Source: an uncultured delta proteobacterium (GTDB taxonomy: Bacteria; Desulfobacterota; Binatia; UBA9968). Taken from it: a stretch of DNA of 64,000 bases. Shown here in pieces: positions 51,827-62,293 of the stretch. How positions within the stretch are numbered: the first letter of the stretch is position 1; the number at the start of each line of letters is the position of its first letter. The notes below the pieces were generated by a model. The model was given only the letters and a program-made list of their open reading frames with translations. It made no database searches and was not told the DNA's origin. The position numbers were made by a program, and so were the translations under genes. The stretch covers positions 1 to 64,000 of the forward strand of contig CAVXEP010000008.1 of assembly GCA_963760795.1 (NCBI GenBank), in the 5' to 3' direction.

Positions 51827-51861
51827 GTAAATTTGTCAGCGTTGGATAACTTTCTGAGTGC

Positions 51862-54225
51862 GTGGCTTGTCGCCGGCCCTCATTTCATTGCTTTTGCCGA
51901 TCGTCTGCGCCAAGATTCAAGGGTGAATTGGGAGCATTGGATTTGAAGAAGTTTCAGCTTCGAATCTTCAGCATCGGCCTCATCGTTCTTTTGGTCATCA
52001 CCACTACGGGTCTAGTCGCTGGCGCGTGGTTTCTCAAGGACTGGGAAGACAAGGTCACCAAGAAATTCGAAGGGCGTAAATGGGATTTCGCGTCGAAAAT
52101 CTATTCCGACAGCTACCATCTTTACGTCGGCGTCAATTTGCCGCTGGCCGATTTCACCGACAAGTTGCGCCGTTTGGGTTACTATGAAGCCGCGGTTCCG
52201 CCCAAGACGCAGGGCGCTTACCGGGTTAACTCCGCCAACGGTTCCGTCGAGCTTTTCCTGCATGATTTCGAATTCCCCACTGAAAAGGTCAAAGGTTATC
52301 CGGTTCGTCTGTGGTTTCAGGGCAACGTCTTAACCCGTATCGAGAAGCTGTCTGATAAAAGCGAGAAGTTCGATCTCGAACTCGAACCGGAAGTGGTGAC
52401 CGGCCTGTATCAGCGGATTTGGCAGGAGCGGCGGGTTGTCAAGTTGACTGAAGTCCCACCGCTGCTGATCAAATCGATCCTCGCCATCGAAGACGAACGT
52501 TTTTTTAGCCATATGGGTGTCGATCCCGTCGGTATTCTGCGCGCGATGTTGGTCAATGTGCGCTATTTGAGCCTGCAACAGGGCGGCAGCACCTTGACCC
52601 AACAGCTGATGAAAAATTTTCTGCTCAGCGACGAGCGGACACTGAGCCGTAAGTTCCCGGAAGCGGTGATGGCGCTTATCGCCGAGCGCAAGTACTCCAA
52701 AGAAACCATTTTGGAAAATTACTTAAACGAGATCTACCTGGGCCAGCGCGGTTCGCAGGGCGTATTCGGAGTCTGGGAAGCGGCGCAATTTTATTATTCC
52801 AAGCCGCTCGCGGAACTTTCCGTGGGCGAAACCGCATTGCTTGCCGGTCTGATTCGCGCGCCCAATCGTTTGTCGCCCTATCGTAACGCCGAGGCCGCCA
52901 CCAAGCGGCGCAATGTGGTTTTGGCTAAATTGCTCGACGATAATATCATCACCAAGAAACAGTATGACGCGGCGCATAAAGAGAAATTACCGCAGCGGGC
53001 TTTAGTGAAGGTGACTAACGAAGCGCCGTTCTACGTCGATTATCTGCGCCGGGAACTCGACCAAAATTATCCGAAAGATGTCTTGGAAAAGGATGGACTG
53101 CGGATTTTCACCGGTCTCGATTTGCGCCTGCAGAAGATCGCCGAGAAGGCTTTAAGCGAAGGTTTGACCAAGCTGGAATCGTCCCATCCGGCGCTGAAAA
53201 AGAAAAGCGCTGAAGAAGGTTTGGAAGGGGCCATCGTCGTGATTCGCCCGCAGACCGGCGAAATCAAAGCAATGGTCGGCGGGCGCAACTATCAGAAATC
53301 GCAGTTCAACCGAGTCTTTCAAGCCAAGCGCCAGGCCGGCTCGGTATTCAAACCGTTCGTTTTTCTCGCCGCGTTTATGCACGGCGGGCAAAGCGGCATG
53401 CAGTACTTTTCCGATACGGTGGTGAATGACAGCCAGTTTACCTGGTCCTATGATGGCGGGCAGTCGTGGCAGCCGCATAATTACAATAACGATTATTATG
53501 GCGCTGTCACGGTGCGCCGGGCATTGGAGAGTTCGCTCAATTCCGCCACCGCACGGGTCGCTCAAGATGTCGGTATCCGGCGCGTGCGCGATGTCGCGCG
53601 GCGTTTGGGCATCGAGAGTTCGTTGCCGGCGGTGCCCTCGCTTTCCCTCGGTTCCGCCGAAGTGACGCCCCTCGAAGTCGCCGTGGCGTTTTCGACATTG
53701 GCCAACGGTGGCGTGCGGGCGCGTTCCGTGGCGGTGAAACATGTCATGGATCAAAACACCAAGGTCCTGGAGAAGCGTGACGTCAAATTGGAACAGGTAA
53801 TTACCCCGAGTTTGGCCTACACGATGAATCAACTTCTAATGGGTGTGATGGACCGCGGCACCGGCGCACAGGCCCGTCGCTGGGGATTCACCCGTCCGGC
53901 GGCGGGTAAAACCGGGACAACCAATGACTACAAAGATGCCTGGTTCGTCGGCTACACGCCGGAGCTACTCGCGGTGGTTTGGGTCGGTTACGATGGTCCG
54001 GCGAAGATCGGTCTCTCTGGCGCCGAGGCGGCGCTGCCGATTTGGACGGAATTCATGAAGGCCGCCACCGCCAGCATGCCGGTGACCGATTTCGTGCCGC
54101 CGCCGGCGTCGCGCAACGAAACCCCTGAGGGGACGCCCACGGAAAAATGCGGCCCCTTGACCCGCGAAGGTGAGCCGCCGGGCGAGCCCTGTCCTACGCC
54201 AGCGAAGCCCGCGGAGCCGGCATAG
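51862..54225 (+). CDS. mrcB: Penicillin-binding protein 1B (true start probably ~51940)
   Basis: UB2H-like region, EDERFFSH, GGSTLTQQ, SVFK, SLN, KTGT. Confidence 0.88.
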   Translation: MACRRPSFHCFCRSSAPRFKGELGALDLKKFQLRIFSIGLIVLLVITTTGLVAGAWFLKDWEDKVTKKFEGRKWDFASKIYSDSYHLYVGVNLPLADFTDKLRRLGYYEAAVPPKTQGAYRVNSANGSVELFLHDFEFPTEKVKGYPVRLWFQGNVLTRIEKLSDKSEKFDLELEPEVVTGLYQRIWQERRVVKLTEVPPLLIKSILAIEDERFFSHMGVDPVGILRAMLVNVRYLSLQQGGSTLTQQLMKNFLLSDERTLSRKFPEAVMALIAERKYSKETILENYLNEIYLGQRGSQGVFGVWEAAQFYYSKPLAELSVGETALLAGLIRAPNRLSPYRNAEAATKRRNVVLAKLLDDNIITKKQYDAAHKEKLPQRALVKVTNEAPFYVDYLRRELDQNYPKDVLEKDGLRIFTGLDLRLQKIAEKALSEGLTKLESSHPALKKKSAEEGLEGAIVVIRPQTGEIKAMVGGRNYQKSQFNRVFQAKRQAGSVFKPFVFLAAFMHGGQSGMQYFSDTVVNDSQFTWSYDGGQSWQPHNYNNDYYGAVTVRRALESSLNSATARVAQDVGIRRVRDVARRLGIESSLPAVPSLSLGSAEVTPLEVAVAFSTLANGGVRARSVAVKHVMDQNTKVLEKRDVKLEQVITPSLAYTMNQLLMGVMDRGTGAQARRWGFTRPAAGKTGTTNDYKDAWFVGYTPELLAVVWVGYDGPAKIGLSGAEAALPIWTEFMKAATASMPVTDFVPPPASRNETPEGTPTEKCGPLTREGEPPGEPCPTPAKPAEPA

Positions 54226-54249
54226 GAGCTATTCGCGCCGATAACATTC

Positions 54250-54999
54250 ATGCAGCCGAGTAAATATTGCAAGTTTGCGCTGGTGATTGCCGTGACGGCG
54301 AGCTGCGCCCCGCAGCGACCTTATCGTGTGCCGATACCGCCAAGCAGCGCTCCGCCATCGACTGCTCGGATTCCGCCACCGGCTCCGGCCGCGCCGCCGG
54401 CGCCGCCCATTGAAACCGTACTCAAACCGGTGCCACAGGAGGGGAAAATCCGCGAGCAAGATATTCGCGCTAAACCCCCTACGCCGGCGCCGGCGTCCAA
54501 GGACGCGAAGGATCCCCGCAGTGCCAGCGAAGCTACCTCCGCGCCAACCGCGCCGCCGCTTGCCGACGATAGTTCTTTGCTGGCGAAAATTACCCCAGGG
54601 GTGTCGCCGCAACGGGCCGCCTCTTTGCGGGTTACCGATGAGGGACGCAAGCTGCTCGACGCCGGCGAGCCAGCGAAGGCGATAAGCCGTTTAGAGCGGA
54701 CCATCGTGATCGATTCGACCAACGGTTACGGCTACTTTTATTTGGCCAAGGCGCAGTATCGCCTGGGCCATTATCAGGAATCGCTTAACCTCCTCGAAGT
54801 GGCCCAGTCGCGTCTCAGTGGCGAGCTGTTTTGGCTCGCCGAAGTCCACGCCCTGCGCGGTGAGAATTATCGCGCCCTCGGCCAGGCGCCGAGAGCGGAA
54901 GCGAGCTACCATCAGTCTTTGCGACTCAATTCCGGTAATCGAACCGCTAACGATGGGCTCGCCCGCATGACCGCCGAGACTCCGGCCGCTGCGAGGTAG
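54250..54999 (+). CDS. LpoP-like lipoprotein (Pro-rich linker plus TPR), probable PBP1B activator
   Basis: Lipobox TASC, Pro-rich tether, C-terminal TPRs, directly after mrcB. Confidence 0.7.
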   Translation: MQPSKYCKFALVIAVTASCAPQRPYRVPIPPSSAPPSTARIPPPAPAAPPAPPIETVLKPVPQEGKIREQDIRAKPPTPAPASKDAKDPRSASEATSAPTAPPLADDSSLLAKITPGVSPQRAASLRVTDEGRKLLDAGEPAKAISRLERTIVIDSTNGYGYFYLAKAQYRLGHYQESLNLLEVAQSRLSGELFWLAEVHALRGENYRALGQAPRAEASYHQSLRLNSGNRTANDGLARMTAETPAAAR

Positions 55000-55011
55000 G
55001 GACAATCATTT

Positions 55012-56010
55012 ATGTTGGTTCTAGGGGTGGAAACCTCTTGCGACGACACCGCCGCCGCGCTCTTACAAGATGGTAAGACGATCCTCGCCAATGTTGTCTC
55101 GTCGCAGGATAGCATCCATGGGCCCTATGGCGGCGTGGTGCCGGAACTGGCGTCGCGCCAGCATATGCAAAATATACTACCGATCATCGACGGCGCCTTG
55201 AAAAACGCCGGCGCGACCTTGGCCGATGTCGATGGCTTTGCGGTGACCTACGGCCCGGGGCTGGTGGGATCTTTGCTGGTCGGCATGTCGCTGGTCAAAG
55301 GCCTGTCGTTTCGCAGCGGGGTTCCGTTCGTCGGCGTCAATCATCTTGAAGCCCATCTGCTGGCGATCCACTTAGAACATGACGTGGCATTCCCCTACAT
55401 CGCGCTGCTCGCCTCCGGCGGCCATACGCTGCTGTACTATGTCAAGGATGTTGGCCGGTACATGCATCTAGGCGGCACCCGCGACGACGCCGCCGGGGAG
55501 GCCTTCGACAAGGTGGCGAAAATCATGGGGCTGGGTTATCCCGGCGGCCGGATCATCGACAACTTGGCAAAAACAGGCAATCCCAAGGCGGTGCGATTTC
55601 CGCGGGCGCGACTCAAGAACAGCCCCTATGAGTTTAGTTTCAGCGGCATCAAAACAGCGGCCTGGCATTATCTCAAAGAGCAGGGGCCGGCGCAGTGGCA
55701 ACCGCGCCAGGCCGATATCGCTGCCAGTTTCCAGGAAGCGGTTGTCGATATGTTGGTCAATCCGACTATCAGAGCGGCGACCGCCAACGGCGCGGCGCGC
55801 ATCGTCCTGTCGGGCGGGGTTGCCGCCAATAGCCGGCTGCGCGCCAAGATGACCGAAATAGCCGTTAGCGAAAACATGCAAGTCTTCTGTCCCGCGCCGA
55901 AGTTTTGCACCGACAACGGTGCGATGATCGCGCTCGCCGGCTATCACTGGCTTCAGCGTGGCCGGCGCGACGCATACGACCTAAACGCCGACGCCGATCT
56001 GACGCTGTAA
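55012..56010 (+). CDS. tsaD: tRNA N6-adenosine threonylcarbamoyltransferase
   Basis: GVETSCDDT, GGVVPELASRQH, NHLEAH, SGGHT, DDAAGEAFDK, TDNGAMI. Confidence 0.97.
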   Translation: MLVLGVETSCDDTAAALLQDGKTILANVVSSQDSIHGPYGGVVPELASRQHMQNILPIIDGALKNAGATLADVDGFAVTYGPGLVGSLLVGMSLVKGLSFRSGVPFVGVNHLEAHLLAIHLEHDVAFPYIALLASGGHTLLYYVKDVGRYMHLGGTRDDAAGEAFDKVAKIMGLGYPGGRIIDNLAKTGNPKAVRFPRARLKNSPYEFSFSGIKTAAWHYLKEQGPAQWQPRQADIAASFQEAVVDMLVNPTIRAATANGAARIVLSGGVAANSRLRAKMTEIAVSENMQVFCPAPKFCTDNGAMIALAGYHWLQRGRRDAYDLNADADLTL

Positions 56011-56045
56011 TACCGCCCAGCATTAAGTTCTGAAAATTGCCGAGG

Positions 56046-56909
56046 ATGCCGACCCTCTATGAAGAAGTGCGCGCCATGCTGCGCGATAGCGAGTTTCGTC
56101 CACGCAAGAGCCGCGGGCAGAACTTTCTGATTCATGAACATGTCGTCGAAGCGATCCTGCGCTTGCTCGATTTGCAGCCGTATGACGAAGTCGTCGAGGT
56201 CGGCCCGGGGTTGGGATTTCTCACGCGGCGCCTGGTCGAGCGCGCGCAAGCCGTGTGGGCGGTGGAGATCGACGAGGTTTTGGCGCAACGCTTGCGCGCC
56301 GGCGAGCTCGGCACAAGTTCCAGGTTTCATCTGATTTATGGCGATATTCTCAATGTGGCATTGCCGGACCTATTGCCAAATGTAAAAATGAAGCTCGCTG
56401 GCAATCTTCCCTACAACATAGCCACCGAGGTGCTGTTTCGGATCTTCGATTGGCATGAGCATTTCAGTTCCCTCGTGTTAATGGTGCAAAAGGAAGTCGC
56501 CGACCGCATCGCCAGCGCTCCAGGTTCGAAATCCTACGGCACGCTGTCGGTGTGGTGCCAGGTGTACGGCCGTGTCAGCGAGAAAATAAACGTCTCGCCG
56601 GAGGCCTTTTATCCACGTCCCAAGGTGCGCTCGACGATACTAAAAATCGAGCTGTTGCCCGAGCCGCTAGTGACCGATGACAATCTGCCGGTGCTCAAAG
56701 GTTTGGTGCGCGCCGCCTTCGGCCAACGTCGTAAGACACTGAGCAACGCCGTCGGCGCTTGGCTCATGCGCGAACGCGATGCTGTCGATGGCCTCCTGGC
56801 GGCCCACGATGTCGATCCCATACGGCGCGGCGAAACCCTCAGCGTCGATGAATTCATCAAACTGGCCGAAGCGATTCGCGTCAGCGGATTGCTGCCGGCT
56901 AGCAATTGA
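56046..56909 (+). CDS. rsmA: 16S rRNA adenine dimethyltransferase
   Basis: KSRGQNFL, EVGPGLG, GNLPYNI, MVQKEVADR, FGQRRKTL. Confidence 0.96.
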   Translation: MPTLYEEVRAMLRDSEFRPRKSRGQNFLIHEHVVEAILRLLDLQPYDEVVEVGPGLGFLTRRLVERAQAVWAVEIDEVLAQRLRAGELGTSSRFHLIYGDILNVALPDLLPNVKMKLAGNLPYNIATEVLFRIFDWHEHFSSLVLMVQKEVADRIASAPGSKSYGTLSVWCQVYGRVSEKINVSPEAFYPRPKVRSTILKIELLPEPLVTDDNLPVLKGLVRAAFGQRRKTLSNAVGAWLMRERDAVDGLLAAHDVDPIRRGETLSVDEFIKLAEAIRVSGLLPASN

Positions 56910-56957
56910 AGTTTTACCGGTTCTTGTATGCATAATAGTTTCCGTCATTTTGTCTTA

Positions 56958-57041
56958 TTCATCACGAAGGGCACGAAGGGTTGGGACAATTCGGATCATT
57001 TTAGCTCCGACCTTCATGCTCTTCGTGTCCTTCGCGGTGCA
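56958..57041. repeat. 9-nt-period palindromic intergenic element (same family as 40499 and 29231)
   Basis: ttcatcacgaagggcacgaaggg-ttcgga..tccga-cttcatgctcttcgtgtccttcgcggtgca. Confidence 0.65.
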
Positions 57042-57148
57042 CCATTTATTTCCTATTCGGTTGCGGCATCGCTGTCCTATGGACTTCATGGTAAAAGTCC
57101 CAGCACTGTAAACTCGGACTCATAACTAAATCCTAGCGACTCACTGCC

Positions 57149-57971
57149 ATGCCCGAACTCCCCGAAGTAGAAACCGTCTGCCGCAGTTTGCGGCCCCATC
57201 TCCTCGGCCGACGGATCGAGGGGGTCGACGTGCGCGAGCACCGTCTGCGTGTGCCGGTGGATATTCAACGAGTCGAGCGCTTGGCCGGTAAACGGATCGA
57301 GTCGGTTGACTAGAGTAGCCAAATATATTTTGCTGCATCTGACCGGCGCATCCGTGTGGCTGTTTCATCTGGGTATGTCGGGTAAGCTGATCTGCGCCGC
57401 CAATAACACCCCACGCCAGAAGCACGATCATATCGTCGTCGATTTAGATGACGGCGGGCAGCTGCGTTACCATGACCCGCGCCGATTCGGACTTGCCATC
57501 GTGACTCATGCGGATGAGCTTAGCGAATTGTCCCAGTTGCGCCGTCTCGGTGTGGATCCCTTCGATGAGACGCTCACCGGCGAGTATCTGTTCAGTTTCA
57601 CGCGCACCTCCGAGCGGCGCATTCGCGATCTCTTGCTCGATCAGCAGATCGTCGCCGGGCTCGGCAATATTTACGCTAACGAAGTGCTGGCGATGGTGCG
57701 GGTCAAGCCGACGACGCGCGCCTGGCGGCTGACGCGCATGCAGGTGGGGATGATCGCCGCGGCGATTCCGGAACTACTCCATAATGCGATTCAATGGTGC
57801 GGCACATCGTTCTCGGACTATCGCGACGCCGACGATAAGTCCGGCGAATTTCAGAATCATCTGCGTGTCTACGACCGCCATGGCGAACCCTGCCGGATTT
57901 GCCCCGCCACGATCAAACGAGTCGCTATCGGCAACCGCAGTGCTTTTTATTGTCCGACCTGTCAAAAATAA
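57149..57971 (+). CDS. mutM: Formamidopyrimidine-DNA glycosylase (frameshift near 57265-57305)
   Basis: MPELPEVE start, HLGMSG, DPRRFG, GLGNIYANE, C-terminal CxxC...CPTCQ finger. Confidence 0.93.
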
Positions 57972-58038
57972 ATTGTCTCAATTTAACTCCACGCTCGGGG
58001 ATGGTCGAAATCCCCCGCGATCAGTTGCCAAGAAAATT

Positions 58039-58150
58039 CGTCATACCGGCGCAAGCCGGTATCCAGACCCATCATCCACCTGGATACCGTTTTTCAACGG
58101 TCTAACGGACGCTGTCGGTCAGCTGGATTCCGGCTTTCGTCGGAATGACG
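58039..58150. repeat. Three copies of a GTCAT(T/A)CCGG-N4-CCGG(A/T)ATCCAG palindromic repeat
   Basis: Forward copy 58039-58066; reverse copies 58080-58107 and 58123-58150. Confidence 0.7.
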
Positions 58151-58195
58151 GAAAGTTTAAAGCGTTCTGTAAATTCAGACTCCGTACATTGTTGC

Positions 58196-59440
58196 ATGAG
58201 TAACTCCCCGACAACTTCACTCAAACTCCTATCGCCACTGCGCCATCGCGATTTCCGATTATTTTGGATCGGCCTGTTGCTCTCCAGCGTTGGCAGCCAG
58301 TTCACCACCGTGGCGATGGCTTGGCAGATCTACGAACTCACCAACTCGCCGTTGCAGATCGGCTTGATCGGTCTGGTGCGCGCGGTGCCGCAGGTGGTGA
58401 TGCTGCTGTTCGGCGGCTTGCTCGCCGACGCCATGGACCGGCGCAGATTGATGATAGCGACGCAAGCTAGTTTGTTTGTGGTTTCCGGAACTCTCGCGTT
58501 TCTCACCATAACGGGGAGCGTTACCTCGCTGACGCTCTACGGGATTACGGTGTTTCTCGCGTTATTTAGCTCACTCGAAGCGCCGTCGCGCCACGCCATC
58601 GTGACTAATCTTGTCCCCGCCGAAGATTTGCCGCGCGCCATGGCGATCTTCAGCACGCAACGCCAGATCGCCACCATCGCCGGTCCTTCGATCGCCGGTC
58701 TAATCTTAGCCGTCGCCGATCCCGCGCTCTGTTACGCCATCGATGCGATCTCCTGGCTCGTCATGTGCGCTGTGCTGCTATTGATCCGTGCCGAACTGCC
58801 GCAGCGCGGCGGCTGGCGCACGGTTTCTTTCAGCGCTCTCGGCGTCGGTTTCCGTTTCGTCTGGGGCCACGCGGTGATTTTTCCGTTCTTGATGATGGAT
58901 CTGGGCGTTAATATTTTTGGCACAGTGCGCTCGCTCTATCCGATATACGCCCGCGATATTCTCGCCGTCGGGCCGCAAGGTTTGGGTGTGCTCTACGCCG
59001 CCAGCGCCGCCGGGGCGCTGATCGGCGCTCTCAGTCTCGGCCTGTTCGGCCAGATTCGCCAGGCCGGCCGCTGGATTCTCTTCGGCGTGACGGTTTACGG
59101 AGTGTGTCTCCTGGGCTTTGCGTATTCCCGCTGGTTCTGGTTGTCGGGGGTACTCTTGCTAGGCTCCGGCATCGGCGACACCATCAGCGCGATCCTACGC
59201 TCGACGATCAACCAGCTGAGCACCCCCGACGAACTGCGCGGCCGCATGTCGTCGATCAACAGCATCTTCACCAACAGCGGGCCGCAGTTGGGCCAATTCC
59301 AAGCCGGCGCACTGGCGGCCATCATCGGCGCCGAAATGGCTGCCGGCGCCGGCGCGGTTATTATTCTATTGATTGTTGGGATTCTGGTTGCCGGTTTCCC
59401 GCATGTGCGCGATTATCGAATCACGCGCGGGGGTGGGTAG
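58196..59440 (+). CDS. MFS transporter (EntS/MFS_3-like)
   Basis: LRHRDFRLFW, GGLLADAMDRRR, PDELRGR; about 12 TM segments. Confidence 0.9.
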   Translation: MSNSPTTSLKLLSPLRHRDFRLFWIGLLLSSVGSQFTTVAMAWQIYELTNSPLQIGLIGLVRAVPQVVMLLFGGLLADAMDRRRLMIATQASLFVVSGTLAFLTITGSVTSLTLYGITVFLALFSSLEAPSRHAIVTNLVPAEDLPRAMAIFSTQRQIATIAGPSIAGLILAVADPALCYAIDAISWLVMCAVLLLIRAELPQRGGWRTVSFSALGVGFRFVWGHAVIFPFLMMDLGVNIFGTVRSLYPIYARDILAVGPQGLGVLYAASAAGALIGALSLGLFGQIRQAGRWILFGVTVYGVCLLGFAYSRWFWLSGVLLLGSGIGDTISAILRSTINQLSTPDELRGRMSSINSIFTNSGPQLGQFQAGALAAIIGAEMAAGAGAVIILLIVGILVAGFPHVRDYRITRGGG

Positions 59441-59620
59441 CGGGTCGAATGGCGCAGGACGAAGGCCTTCGTCGGGAGATTGAGCGGTAGTGTATGAAAG
59501 TCGAGACGTCAAAGTCTGAAGCTCGCGCTTCACGTCGCGCCGGAGAATGAAGGCGATGCTCGCACGCTATAAACTAATGGTCGACCCGTATTCCCCGTGG
59601 ATCTTTTGAACGATTGAGTC

Positions 59621-60994
59621 ATGAACACGCAACCACAAATCTCACCGGTCATGCGTGGGCTGAGCGCTTACGTCGCAGCTGCGCTGCGGCGGCCATTACC
59701 GCCACCGGTTAACGAAAAAACAAAACACCACATCCTCGATACCATCGCCGCGATGATTTCCGGTTCGCGGCTCGCGCCGGGGATCAAAGCGATCTCGTAT
59801 GTGACGACACTCGGCGGCGTCAAAGAAGCTAGCGTCATTGGAAGCAGCGTTGTGACCACGGCAGTAAACGCCGCACTGGCCAACGGCATGCTCGCCCACG
59901 CCGACGAGACGGATGACTCCCACGCGCCTTCGCTGACTCATCCGGGATGTGGCATTGTGCCGGCGGCGCTGGCGATGGCCGAGCGGGAGAAGCGTCATGG
60001 CGCGGCGCTGCTCCGCGCCGTCGCGCTCGGCTATGACGTGGGCTGCCGGTTGACGCAGTCTCTGAACGCCCACCAGTTCCGCGAGGACGGCCATTCAACG
60101 CATAGTTTTGGGCCGATGTTCGGAGCCGCCGCGGCGGCCGGCGCGCTGGCGGGATTGCGTGAGCATCAGGTTCGCTATCTGCTTTCATTCACGGCCCAGC
60201 AGGCGTCGGGTGTATCGTGTTGGATGCGCGACGGCGACCATATCGAAAAGTCTTTCGACTTCGGCGGCATGCCGGCGCGCAACGGCGTCGCCGCGGCGAC
60301 GATGGTCGCTCATGGTTTTACCGGCGTCGATGATGTATTCGCCGGCGAGCGCAATTTTTTTGTCGCCTACGGCCGCAAGCCGGAGCCGGCGCTGCTGGTG
60401 AGCGGCCTCGGCGTCGAGTTTGAAATCATGAATACCAACATCAAGCGCTGGTCGGTGGGCTCGCCGATCCAGGCGCCGCTCGATGCGCTGCACGAACTGA
60501 TTCGCGAGCACAGAATTACTGCCGCCGATATTGACAGGGTTGTCGTGCGAGTTTCCCATCAAGGCGCCAATACCGTCGACAACCGCGACATGCCCGACAT
60601 CTGCATGCAGCATATGTGCGCCCTCATGTTGGTCGACGGTAAGGTCACCTTCCGATCGTCGCACGATGAAAAGCGCATGCGCGATCGCGCGGTTCTAGCG
60701 CTGCGGAGCCGGATCGAACTTCGCGGCGACGACGCGCTAACCGCAGCGATGCCGAGCCGAGAAGGCATCGTCGAGATTGCTCTGCGAGATGGCCGCAAGT
60801 TCGGCCATCACACCAAAGCCGTCCGCGGCGCCGCGAACAATCCGATGACACGCGCCGAAGTGGACGAGAAAAGCTACGATCTAATCGGGCCGGTGATCGG
60901 CAAGTTAAAAGCGCGCAAACTGTGCGACGCGATCTGGCAGCTGGAGAAATTGTCCGACGTGCGCGGCCTGCGGCCGCTGCTGCGCGCTCGATGA
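59621..60994 (+). CDS. MmgE/PrpD family protein
   Basis: ALANGMLAHADETDDSH..SLTHPG, ARNGVAAA, RGAANNPM. Confidence 0.92.
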   Translation: MNTQPQISPVMRGLSAYVAAALRRPLPPPVNEKTKHHILDTIAAMISGSRLAPGIKAISYVTTLGGVKEASVIGSSVVTTAVNAALANGMLAHADETDDSHAPSLTHPGCGIVPAALAMAEREKRHGAALLRAVALGYDVGCRLTQSLNAHQFREDGHSTHSFGPMFGAAAAAGALAGLREHQVRYLLSFTAQQASGVSCWMRDGDHIEKSFDFGGMPARNGVAAATMVAHGFTGVDDVFAGERNFFVAYGRKPEPALLVSGLGVEFEIMNTNIKRWSVGSPIQAPLDALHELIREHRITAADIDRVVVRVSHQGANTVDNRDMPDICMQHMCALMLVDGKVTFRSSHDEKRMRDRAVLALRSRIELRGDDALTAAMPSREGIVEIALRDGRKFGHHTKAVRGAANNPMTRAEVDEKSYDLIGPVIGKLKARKLCDAIWQLEKLSDVRGLRPLLRAR

Positions 60995-61319
60995 CCGCAT
61001 CGGTTGAATCACGCCTGACGTCAATCCTGCTACATCAAATCTAGGTCCGTTCAGAATTAATTCCCGGCGAGCAATGGCGGCGACCAAAATTAACTAGAAT
61101 TTCGCGACGGAATTGTTGAACTTATAATCGTCCGTCTGAACAGAAATAAGTCCCGAATCAGTCGTGACTATCAGTCGATAACTCGCCGTACGCTTTATCA
61201 TAAACTTAACCGGCAGGGGCTTCGGTTGTGCTGTTAACAAATTACACGCCCTCAGCAAACCAGAATTCAATAATTCTCGCATTTTTCGTTGATAGCTCGA
61301 CCCTTAACGCCGTCCGATC

Positions 61320-61377
61320 TGTGCACTAGTTTCACACCGGCATCTAGTTCTTTCGCGATATGTGAGATTCCTTCACA
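61320..61377. promoter_or_regulatory. Tandem palindromic enhancer-like boxes TGTG(C/A)-N7-TCACA
   Basis: TGTGCACTAGTTTCACA (61320-61336) and TGTGAGATTCCTTCACA (61361-61377), 41 bp apart. Confidence 0.6.
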
Positions 61378-61452
61378 CTGATTGAACAATACCTTCTCCG
61401 CGATCGCCGGAAAAGTTAGCCAAGCAATGGTTATTTAACGATAACCAGCGGT

Positions 61453-61467
61453 TGGACTGGGAGTTGC
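61453..61467 (+). promoter_or_regulatory. Probable sigma54 promoter
   Basis: TGGACTGGGAGTTGC = GG-N10-GC ending in TTGC, just upstream of a GAGGAGG RBS. Confidence 0.55.
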
Positions 61468-61493
61468 TGGTTCACGTTGCGAGGAGGACGATA

Positions 61494-61952
61494 ATGGCAA
61501 GCGAAAAAAAAGAACATCGTTCGGAGCTGGCGTGGGTATGGCTTTTTCATGTGGACGACCTTGCCGCGTATCAATTTCGTCAAACGTTTTGTCGCCAGCT
61601 TCCCCTCTTCCCTGAACTAGCTCTTGTGATTGCCGTTCTGGAAGACGCCCTCGTTACCTTCAAAGAGAAGCTGTTGGCGAGCGGTGGAAAACACCAGAAG
61701 TTGTTTGAGGACGCTGAAGATTGGATCTGGAGTAGCGATGGCGAGGGATTTTTTTCATTCGAGAATGTTTGCGCGGAACTTGACATCTCGCCGGGCTATT
61801 TAAGGCGGCAGCTATTGCGCTGGAAGAATCACGCGATGGCCGAACGGCGCGAAAGGGTGCCGCAGTCTAGGCTTCCTAAAAAGCCAGGGCGCCGCCGTTA
61901 CCAGCGCGCTCTCGTACGCCATGCGCGGCAGAGCCAACCCAGTGACGGTTAA
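61494..61952 (+). CDS. Hypothetical helical protein with basic C-terminus
   Basis: Strong RBS; motif AVLEDA...AEDWI...FSFENVCAELDISPGYLRR. Confidence 0.7.
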   Translation: MASEKKEHRSELAWVWLFHVDDLAAYQFRQTFCRQLPLFPELALVIAVLEDALVTFKEKLLASGGKHQKLFEDAEDWIWSSDGEGFFSFENVCAELDISPGYLRRQLLRWKNHAMAERRERVPQSRLPKKPGRRRYQRALVRHARQSQPSDG

Positions 61953-62108
61953 AATGGAAGCGTATTTATAGCGCAATCCCTGGATTCAGCCGGTGAGCGA
62001 ATTTTACGCGTATCGGCTCATGAAACGGCACGACCGCATCTGGGCTAGGGTGATTCAACTCCATGCCGATGCGCGGCAACTAACCGCCGATGATTTCTTC
62101 AGACGTCA

Positions 62109-62293
62109 TTAACGTCGCGTAGACCCGCATCGCCAAATAATATTTTGCAAGCCTTTAGCCGAAAACCCCTTCGGCTGATATCCCGGCACTATTATCGTCT
62201 CGACGTTCCTGTGGGTCGTTTCATCGGGGGTCACTCGAACCAGATTGACCACCAGATCGTAGCGGCTCGGATCGCGCCAGTCGGTGTCGAGGT
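62109..62293 (-). pseudogene. Remnant of a cytidylate-kinase-like family C-terminus
   Basis: DWRDPSRYDLVVNL motif with no N-terminal part. Confidence 0.5.
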
